Below the pieces are notes generated by a model. The model had not been told where the DNA came from. It searched no databases and saw only the letters and a list, made by a program, of their open reading frames with translations. Below are positions 9,661 to 17,044 of a stretch of DNA of 26,710 bases, piece by piece. Source of the DNA: a candidate division WOR-3 bacterium (GTDB lineage: Bacteria > Hydrothermota > Tepidihabitantia > SM23-42 > CAYGYG01); assembly GCA_965648915.1 (NCBI GenBank), contig CBFGIV010000029.1, positions 1 through 26,710 of the forward strand, read 5' to 3'. Made by a program: the position numbers and the translations under genes. Each line of letters begins with the position of its first letter. Position 1 is the stretch's first letter.

Positions 9661-10305
9661 TCACTTTTTTCGGTATGAGGCTTCGATCAATTCCTTCTCA
9701 ATTCGATAAGACCCTTTGTCAAATTCGCAGGTCAACCGGTAAATTGTTTCAAAAGGGATAATATCAAGTCCAAAGGTTTTGACCTTAGGCTGATATACAA
9801 AACAGACAACTTTATAAATACTGTCCTTTTTGGTTATTACCGGTTCCTGAACCTGGTCAAAACTGAGTTCGCTGACATTGATCATCTCTTGCCAGGGTGC
9901 TGAATTAATACCGCTGATTAGTTGCCCGTGATCACATATCCACTGAGCGATAATCCGGGTTGCCGCGAGTGCCTCTTCTGGCGAAGAAGGGGAATATTTA
10001 ATCTCGGTTAGAATTAAGGAGACATCTCTCGGTGAAAGTGTTAACCGATATTTCTTCATCGATCGGGTCACAATCCATTTTGATGGTATAAGTGGATCCT
10101 CAGCCAGTTGACTCCGATCAAAGACACTCAGATATTTAAGACCGGAAAAGAAATCAGGCAGTTCTATCTCTTCAATAATGGGATCTTTATATTCGGATTT
10201 AAAAATTTCCTCTAACTTCTCCTTCAATACATCCTCCCTTCGCTTAAAGAAGCTCTGTCCCTGGATCAGACAAAGGATGGCAACCGGTAATATTATCCAA
10301 CTCAT
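9661..10305 (-). CDS. Hypothetical protein, probably exported
   Basis: 214-aa ORF with a hydrophobic N-terminus; 4-nt overlap with the DedA gene; no recognised domain. Confidence 0.7.
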   Translation of the reverse strand: MSWIILPVAILCLIQGQSFFKRREDVLKEKLEEIFKSEYKDPIIEEIELPDFFSGLKYLSVFDRSQLAEDPLIPSKWIVTRSMKKYRLTLSPRDVSLILTEIKYSPSSPEEALAATRIIAQWICDHGQLISGINSAPWQEMINVSELSFDQVQEPVITKKDSIYKVVCFVYQPKVKTFGLDIIPFETIYRLTCEFDKGSYRIEKELIEASYRKK

Positions 10306-10907
10306 ACCCTGGGCCGCGCTTTTATAATCCAGTAAATGATCAGACCGATAATACCACCAATGACAATTATATCAAGGATATGGAAGTAGCGACGCAGGAT
10401 ATGCCACTGCGGGCCCAAAATCACTCCCAGCCACCCTAAAAGCAGACACCAGGGCAACGCACCAGCAAATGTGTAAATAACGAACTTCATTAAATCCATT
10501 CGAGCAATACCCGCTGGTAATGATATAAATGTTCTGATTACGGGCATCATCCGGCTGAAGAAAATCGCCTTATCCCCATAGCGGACAAACCATTCATCAG
10601 CAAGCTTAAGTTTTTGCCTTGTGATCAGCAGGTAGCGGCCATATTTTTCAAGAAATGGCCTTCCGCCAACCATCCCCACAATGTAGGCAATCAGTGAACC
10701 TATTAGGTTTCCCAATGCCCCGGCCAGGGTTATACCCCACAGCGTCATCTTCCCTTCGGAGACGATAAACCCGGCAAAGGGCATAATAATCTCACTCGGG
10801 AAAGGGATACAGGCGCTTTCAATCGCCATCGTAAGACAGATACCACTGTAGCCCGATGAACGGATCATATTGATAATCAGTTCACTAATAAACTCAACAA
10901 TTCCCAT
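10302..10907 (-). CDS. DedA family membrane protein
   Basis: ESACIPFPSEIIMPFAGF, GNLIGS and SRMMPVIRTFISLPAG. The start could instead be 10931. Confidence 0.92.
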   Translation of the reverse strand: MGIVEFISELIINMIRSSGYSGICLTMAIESACIPFPSEIIMPFAGFIVSEGKMTLWGITLAGALGNLIGSLIAYIVGMVGGRPFLEKYGRYLLITRQKLKLADEWFVRYGDKAIFFSRMMPVIRTFISLPAGIARMDLMKFVIYTFAGALPWCLLLGWLGVILGPQWHILRRYFHILDIIVIGGIIGLIIYWIIKARPRV

Positions 10908-10989
10908 AAGCAAAAGAAAAAGATCGACCACCAGGCAAATATCCGATGTGTTGTCGTGCAGAGTCTCTATGGTTCATTCAGGATCTCCG

Positions 10990-12237
10990 TTAATCTCTCT
11001 TAATCTCTTTTGCAGTCTTCGCTGCGGCGATATCCAGCGCCTCCTGGGATCGATACTTTCCGCGGATTGCTGCCTCGAGCGCTTCGTTAAGATAGTTTCT
11101 TCCGATAAACCATTCTTTGGTTTTGGGCTCGGTCCGGGCTGAATCGAGTTCTTTAATAATCTCGCGATAACCCTGGTGTTTATTGAAGAAATCTTCCATT
11201 TCCGGATGGTCAACTATATCCGAAGAAAGAGGCAGATAACAACTTGCCCTGGTCCATCTTATCTGATTTTCAGGTTTAATCAACCACTTGATGAACTGCC
11301 AGGCTTCACGCTGTTGAGTCTGAGATGCACGGGCAAAGATCCCGATGTTGGTTCCAGCAATGACCACAGTCTTTCTGTCCCATTGGGGCATTGGGGCAAT
11401 TCCCATATTAAACTCGACTCGATCCCGCAGAAAAGCCAGAGAGACGATTGAGGCCGGAATCATTGCAATACGGCCACTGATAAACTCATCCTGCCGCTGA
11501 AAACCCGGAACAATGTAGAGTAACTTTTCTTTAACAAGTGAAACAATAAAATCGAGAACCTCTATCCCCTCTTGGCTATTAAAACAAACCTTCTTTGTTA
11601 CCTCATCAAAAAGGCAGCCGTTCTTCTGATAAAGCATCGTTGAAAAATACCAGACATCGATGGGCCAGGAAGTAGCCCAGACCTCAGGGTTGCCATCCTG
11701 ATCTTCATCTCTGGTCAATTTCTTACAGATTGTCTTAAATTCGGACCAGGTGCGAGGAAATTCTTTTATCCCGACTTTTGCAAACATATCCCGGTTATAA
11801 TAAAATACCGGCACGCTCTTATTGAAAGGTAAAGTTACCATGACCGAATCGTATCTATTGTCTTCGATAAAGACCGGAAAGAAGTTGTCGATTATAAATG
11901 ACGTATCTTCTTTTATAAATCTTTCTACGGGAATTAACTTACCGGCCTTAAAAAATTGGTCGGTCCACGATTCATACATCTGGGCAATGACCGGAGGCTC
12001 ATTGGCACTAACCGCACCCATCAATTTCTGCACCAGCGCATCATAAGAACCCATATTAACTGACTTGATAAAAATATCGGGGTGTTCCCGGTTGTATTCA
12101 GCAATCATCTGATCAAGAGTATCGCCAATCGGGCCGGCCATCACATGCCAGAAAGAAATTTCAATCCTCTCCCTTTTCCGACAACTCCAGAAGAGTAAAT
12201 AAGGTAAAAGAATCAATATTACAATTTTGCTTCGCAT
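10990..12237 (-). CDS. ABC transporter substrate-binding lipoprotein (UgpB/carbohydrate SBP family)
   Basis: Lipobox-like FWSC; ISFWH, LPFNKS..FYYNRDMF, PRTWSEF and AWQFIKWL..PENQ motifs. Confidence 0.88.
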   Translation of the reverse strand: MRSKIVILILLPYLLFWSCRKRERIEISFWHVMAGPIGDTLDQMIAEYNREHPDIFIKSVNMGSYDALVQKLMGAVSANEPPVIAQMYESWTDQFFKAGKLIPVERFIKEDTSFIIDNFFPVFIEDNRYDSVMVTLPFNKSVPVFYYNRDMFAKVGIKEFPRTWSEFKTICKKLTRDEDQDGNPEVWATSWPIDVWYFSTMLYQKNGCLFDEVTKKVCFNSQEGIEVLDFIVSLVKEKLLYIVPGFQRQDEFISGRIAMIPASIVSLAFLRDRVEFNMGIAPMPQWDRKTVVIAGTNIGIFARASQTQQREAWQFIKWLIKPENQIRWTRASCYLPLSSDIVDHPEMEDFFNKHQGYREIIKELDSARTEPKTKEWFIGRNYLNEALEAAIRGKYRSQEALDIAAAKTAKEIKRD

Positions 12238-12296
12238 CTCTTGACCTCGCGGTTAAATTAAAGAGAGTATTTACTGAACGACCTTTGCATCAGAAA

Positions 12297-13076
12297 TTAA
12301 GTTAAATCCCTTTCCCAGGGACCGTCATATTCTGTATCGATTTTCGCCATTTGACGCATCGGTCTTTCTCGGGTCTGCTCTTCATAGACCTGGGCAACAA
12401 GCCCAAAGACCCGACTCAGGAGGAAAAAGGCCTTGCCCAGACTCGGCTCAAAACCCATATCGAGAATCAGGGCGGCTATTGCGCCATCGACATTTATCGG
12501 CAGAGGTCTGCCTTCTTTTTCAAAGACCTTTTCAATCTCGAGAGATAAAAGGACATATTTGCCCGCAATTCCCAATTCATCCGCCATCTGGTATAGTCTT
12601 CTGGTTCGTGGGTCTTTAGTATGGAGACGATGCCCAAAACCTGGGATGAACTCCTTACGGGATTTAAATTCATCAACCATAATCCTTGCCATCTCAGCCA
12701 CCGTCTTATGCTCAACAGTTAATCTTTGCACATACTGTCTGAGGACTTTAGCCGCATTCTCTATTGCCCCACCGTGCACATCACCAATTGCCAGGATACC
12801 AGCACCAACCGCAGTCGGTAGTGGCACACCCGCCGATGCAACCATCCGGGCGGCAAGTGTGGTCGGAGGTGTAACCCCGTGGTCAACCGAGGAGACTAAA
12901 ATCGCATCGAACAATTTTGCCTCCTTCTCATTGGGTAACCGTCCGGTCAGCAATAGAAAAGCAACCGAAGAGAGCGGCACCTTGCCCATCAAATCCTCAA
13001 TTCTGTACCCGCGAACAACGATCTTATTGGGTTCAATCTTGGAAATAGCCGTCTTCCAGACAGTTTCACCAGGCAT
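12297..13076 (-). CDS. ccl: Citryl-CoA lyase (citrate synthase-like small protein)
   Basis: About 259 aa: WKTAI..I.VRGY.IEDL, VDHGVTPPT, HGGA, PGFGHR.H..DPR and INVDGAIA. GGAGGT SD precedes ATG 13076. Confidence 0.85.
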   Translation of the reverse strand: MPGETVWKTAISKIEPNKIVVRGYRIEDLMGKVPLSSVAFLLLTGRLPNEKEAKLFDAILVSSVDHGVTPPTTLAARMVASAGVPLPTAVGAGILAIGDVHGGAIENAAKVLRQYVQRLTVEHKTVAEMARIMVDEFKSRKEFIPGFGHRLHTKDPRTRRLYQMADELGIAGKYVLLSLEIEKVFEKEGRPLPINVDGAIAALILDMGFEPSLGKAFFLLSRVFGLVAQVYEEQTRERPMRQMAKIDTEYDGPWERDLT

Positions 13077-13127
13077 AATTACCTCCAGGATTAAAAACAG
13101 ATTTTTCAATATGATCTCATATAACTA

Positions 13128-13997
13128 CTACCCAATTGCCTTTTTAATTAATTCGGGAATATCTTTTAATGTCTCAGAAATAATTGCTCCGGCAGCGCGC
13201 AGCGCATCAATTTTACTTTCGGCCGTCCCCATCTTCCCTTCGATTACTGCCCCGGCATGGCCGAGCCGTTTGCCCTGGGGTGCATGTTTGCCGGCAATAA
13301 AAGCGACCACCGGCTTTTTCATCATTCTGATAAATGGTGCAGCAACCTCTTCATAAACCCCACCAATTTCACCGGCCATAACCACCGCATCAGTCTTAGA
13401 ATCTTCATCAAATAATTTTAAGACTTTTTCGAAATTGGTTCCAAGAATCGGATCACCACCCAGACCGACTGATGTCGATTCGCCCATTCCTGCAAGATTC
13501 AAGGTATTGGCGATATAATAGGTAATTGCACCGCTCCGCGCTACTGTTCCGATCCGGCCTGGCTGGAAGGCAATCTTAGGTAACATCCCGACCAGACATT
13601 TTCCCGGACTGATTACACCCGGAGTATTGCCGCCAATAATAGTTACGCCGCTCTCTTCAGATCTCTTTCTCATTATCAGCATATCGTGAACCGGGATCCT
13701 CTCGGTAATGAGAATGATTATCTTGATACCCGAATCGATCGCCTCAAGCACGGCATCCCGGGCAAAACGGGCTGGAACCCAGACACTCGAAACCCTTGCC
13801 TCAGGGTGATCTTTTAAACATTCAGCAACAGTATCATAGACCGGCACATTATGAACCTTCTCCCCTCCTTTACCCGGCGTCACACCTCCAACAATCTTTG
13901 TACCATATTCGAGCATCAGACGGGTATGCAAAGCAGCATTGGTCCCGGTAATCCCCTGAACGATTATCTGTGAAGATTCATCAATAAGGATTGCCAT
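13128..13997 (-). CDS. SucD-like CoA-binding alpha subunit (succinyl-/citryl-CoA synthetase family)
   Basis: VQGITG, GGVTPGKGG, RSGAITY, GLGGDP, GEIGG and the phospho-His motif GHAGA. Confidence 0.9.
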   Translation of the reverse strand: MAILIDESSQIIVQGITGTNAALHTRLMLEYGTKIVGGVTPGKGGEKVHNVPVYDTVAECLKDHPEARVSSVWVPARFARDAVLEAIDSGIKIIILITERIPVHDMLIMRKRSEESGVTIIGGNTPGVISPGKCLVGMLPKIAFQPGRIGTVARSGAITYYIANTLNLAGMGESTSVGLGGDPILGTNFEKVLKLFDEDSKTDAVVMAGEIGGVYEEVAAPFIRMMKKPVVAFIAGKHAPQGKRLGHAGAVIEGKMGTAESKIDALRAAGAIISETLKDIPELIKKAIG

Positions 13998-14008
13998 CTT
14001 ATACTATT

Positions 14009-15199
14009 TTATTCCTGCTTACCCAATCTTTCCTTCGCAACTCTGACCGCTTCCTGAATCACCTCTTCAATCGGAGTATCAAAACGGTATATCTTAATAT
14101 TCTTAAACAGGTCAGGATAATCGGCTATTGCCTTTTCAATAATCCGACGCCCTTCCTCCTCCATATTACCCGCCATCCTCATTATCATCGGCTTTTGAGG
14201 CCTGTTTTCAATTATATATTGAACAAGGGCCCTGGCCCACTCATCACACCTCGAGATCCCACCAAATCTTGCCCCAAAAATTGCTGAAACATTAGGATTT
14301 TCGTGCAATAATTCAAGCATAAGTTTAAGTCTTTCCTGAGTTGGGGCTCCGCCTGAATCCATAAAATTTGCTGCCTTTCCTCCGTAATGGGCAATGAGGT
14401 CGATAGCAGCGATACCAAAGCCTGCGCCACCTGGAAAAGAGCCAACATAACCGTCAAGATCGACATAAGGTATACCAGCAGAGCGTGCCCTCTTCTCTCT
14501 TTCAGTAAATTCTCCAACCTCATGTCTCAATTCAATTCCCCATTCTTTAATTTCAGGATGGCGGAAGAGTGCATCGTCATCAAGATCGATCTTGGCGTCA
14601 AGGGCGAATATCCTGTCCGATGGGGTCAGGACCAGCGGATTTATTTCAACCAATTTACAATCAAATTCAAAAAAGAGGTTTATCAAGCGATAGATAATCT
14701 GGCCACATTGATTTAAGGTTTCGCCGGTCAGGTTGAAGCAAGTTGCCATCTGACGACCAAAATATGGCTCTACCCTTTGATCGGGTTCGAGATAGTGTTT
14801 TATTATTGAGTCCGGTTTCTGCCGGGCAACTTCCTCAATCTCAATCCCGCCGTCATTTGAGAGAATTAGAACTATCTTATGTTTGACCCGATCGATCGTG
14901 ACCGCAAGATAATGCTCTTTCTTAATATCAATCTTTTTTTCGATTAAAATCTTCTGGATCGGACAACCTGAAACAACCATCTGCTTTATCGCTTCAATCT
15001 TGATTAGAGCATCGGATTTATCTTCAGCAAATTTTATCGCCCCGCTCTTACCGCGACCACCAACAAAGGTCTGCCCCTTTAAAACACAGGGATAGGTAAT
15101 CTTATCAAGATCACCGGGTGATTGAAAAACCAGGCCTTCAGGGGTTGGGATCTTATATCTTCTCAAAAGAAACTTTGCTTCGTATTCGTAAAGTCGCAT
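14009..15199 (-). CDS. SucC-like ATP-grasp beta subunit (possibly citryl-CoA synthetase large subunit)
   Basis: MRLYEYEAK, GGRGKSG, EINPL, ALDAK..DDDALFRH, ANFMD.GG and FGGI.RCD. The substrate-side motif is GGAG instead of NGAG. Confidence 0.88.
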   Translation of the reverse strand: MRLYEYEAKFLLRRYKIPTPEGLVFQSPGDLDKITYPCVLKGQTFVGGRGKSGAIKFAEDKSDALIKIEAIKQMVVSGCPIQKILIEKKIDIKKEHYLAVTIDRVKHKIVLILSNDGGIEIEEVARQKPDSIIKHYLEPDQRVEPYFGRQMATCFNLTGETLNQCGQIIYRLINLFFEFDCKLVEINPLVLTPSDRIFALDAKIDLDDDALFRHPEIKEWGIELRHEVGEFTEREKRARSAGIPYVDLDGYVGSFPGGAGFGIAAIDLIAHYGGKAANFMDSGGAPTQERLKLMLELLHENPNVSAIFGARFGGISRCDEWARALVQYIIENRPQKPMIMRMAGNMEEEGRRIIEKAIADYPDLFKNIKIYRFDTPIEEVIQEAVRVAKERLGKQE

Positions 15200-15205
15200 T
15201 GAGAT

Positions 15206-15718
15206 TTAACAACTCTTCTCGATCTCAAAATCGATGAAATCGCAATGATGGATCACGACTGCTTCTTTAGAACGGGCCACCAATTCACCTTCCTCTGAAT
15301 GGCTGGCAATGATATGAACAACATCGGGTGGCAGACCGATCTCCTGGGCGAGTGCCGCACCAGAAACAGGATGGCGTATCCTCTTTCCCTGATCCGATTT
15401 AACTATTGCTCTACCTTTTCTTGTATACTCGAGTAATTTACCAACATCGTGACTGATTCCACCGGCAATGACCAGATCGAGGTTTAAGTCCTTTCGGGAC
15501 CGGGCAATGGCCATCGCCATACTGGTTACCGCCCGGGTATGTTCAACCAGGCCTCTTCGGGTTTTGATCAAAAGCGTAAACGGAATCGCATCGATCTGCT
15601 TCCACCCACCTCTTCTAACTGCGGTGAGCCACAATTCGACGATCTGCCTCTGGAGTCGCTTATTCTTGATTTCTCTCAATTCAGGGAATGATCTTATAAT
15701 CGTATTTCGATCAACCAT
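15206..15718 (-). CDS. HD-domain (HDIG-type) metal-dependent phosphohydrolase
   Basis: EHTRAV...SHDVGKLLEY...RHPVSGA...HIIASHS...HHCD. Start 15718 is preferred over 15745 because of the promoter immediately upstream. Confidence 0.85.
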   Translation of the reverse strand: MVDRNTIIRSFPELREIKNKRLQRQIVELWLTAVRRGGWKQIDAIPFTLLIKTRRGLVEHTRAVTSMAMAIARSRKDLNLDLVIAGGISHDVGKLLEYTRKGRAIVKSDQGKRIRHPVSGAALAQEIGLPPDVVHIIASHSEEGELVARSKEAVVIHHCDFIDFEIEKSC

Positions 15719-15724
15719 CGGTTT

Positions 15725-15752
15725 AATATAATCAATTTCGGTCATTAGTCAA
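15725..15752 (-). promoter_or_regulatory. Promoter of the HD-sucC-sucD-ccl unit (leaderless)
   Basis: TTGACT (15752-15747), N16, TATATT (15730-15725), then 6 nt to ATG 15718. Confidence 0.6.
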
Positions 15753-15833
15753 TATGTATAAATTTCATAACTGACCTATCGCTCGAGGATGAAAAAGGGG
15801 TAAAAAGGATCTCTGCTATATTTTATCTTTAAA

Positions 15834-16493
15834 TTAAACCAGCAAGACAGCAACTACTCCGGTAAGGAAGATACCATCAAAGACTCCTGCCCCACCAATC
15901 GACATCATTCCACTACCAATCCTGTCGAGCCTTCTCAAATTCAAAATATCGGCACCGATTAAGGTACCTAAGACTCCAGATATATATGCTACACACGGGG
16001 TACAATTCTTGCTGAAGAGCGAAGCGAATAGAGCGGCTAACAACGGCGGCACAAAGGTCGGGAGTGCGATCCCGAAGCCCCTGATCGGTCGAGCAAGAAG
16101 ATGGGTAACAATCGCAATCAACACGGTGCAAATGATTACCGGAATTACCGGCGTCCTGAGCAATAGATAGATAGAAAGCAGCACTGGAATAACCGCCCCG
16201 CCAAGATTTATCGCAATAATAATATGCTCTTTGATCAATGGCGGCCGGGGTAGAAAAAGGCGATAAAAAAGATTGTCGCCGATATCTTCAATAAAAGATT
16301 CGCGTTTGCTGATCGGGATATTTACCATACTCCCTAAGAGGCTTGCAAAATAGACGATAAAGCCGGTCCGGGCCGAAAGATTCAATTTTTGAAATACCAC
16401 AGTCATTATATCCAGACCCAGAGCAAAGACCAGAATTGGTAATAACAGGATAAGGGCGAGAAACAAGAAGAATGTAATCGGCAGATAAATCAT
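15834..16493 (-). CDS. DUF1614 family membrane protein
   Basis: LLGSMVNIP, AINLGGAVIP, AYISGVLGTLIGADILNL and SIGGAGVFDGIFLTG. Confidence 0.88.
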   Translation of the reverse strand: MIYLPITFFLFLALILLLPILVFALGLDIMTVVFQKLNLSARTGFIVYFASLLGSMVNIPISKRESFIEDIGDNLFYRLFLPRPPLIKEHIIIAINLGGAVIPVLLSIYLLLRTPVIPVIICTVLIAIVTHLLARPIRGFGIALPTFVPPLLAALFASLFSKNCTPCVAYISGVLGTLIGADILNLRRLDRIGSGMMSIGGAGVFDGIFLTGVVAVLLV

Positions 16494-16494
16494 C

Positions 16495-17028
16495 TCATCG
16501 CACCTTTGATCTTTTCAATCTTTTTTCAGCGTGTTTCATCAGGTATCGAAGGAGACCACCCGTACGCATAATCTCCATCTCGAGGCCGGAAAGGGGTCTT
16601 GCCCGGTATGACCTGCCCGTGGTTATATCCTGGATATCACCGCTAATAACATTTACTTCAATTACATCGCCTTGTTTAATCTCGTCTGCCTTATCCAGTT
16701 CCAGGACGGGCAAACCCATATTAACACAGTTACGGTAGAAAATCCGGGCAAAGGATCGGGCAATAATCAGAACAATACCCGCACCTTTTATTGCCTCCGC
16801 CGCATGTTCCCGCGATGAACCACATCCAAAATTTGAACCGGCAACGATGATATCACCGACTTTGACCTTCTTAATAAACTCATCAGCGCCCGGGACCCCT
16901 TCCATTGCATGCCGGGCCATCTCCTCTTTATCGGTCAATGGCAGGTATTTACCCGGATAGATCTGATCGGTATCAATCTCATCGCCAAATTTCCAGACTC
17001 GACCACGAAAGATAAATTTGCGTTCCAT
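16495..17028 (-). CDS. LeuD/HacB-type (aconitase family) dehydratase small subunit
   Basis: GRVWKFGDEIDTDQIYPG, NFGCGSSREHA, SFARIFYRN and GGLL; substrate uncertain. Confidence 0.92.
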   Translation of the reverse strand: MERKFIFRGRVWKFGDEIDTDQIYPGKYLPLTDKEEMARHAMEGVPGADEFIKKVKVGDIIVAGSNFGCGSSREHAAEAIKGAGIVLIIARSFARIFYRNCVNMGLPVLELDKADEIKQGDVIEVNVISGDIQDITTGRSYRARPLSGLEMEIMRTGGLLRYLMKHAEKRLKRSKVR

Positions 17029-17044
17029 AGTTCAGACCCCACAA

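Noticed and set aside
12433..13356. 307-aa plus-strand ORF
   Set aside because: It is an antisense shadow of ccl/sucD with Ser/Ala/Pro-rich mirror composition and no SD or motifs.
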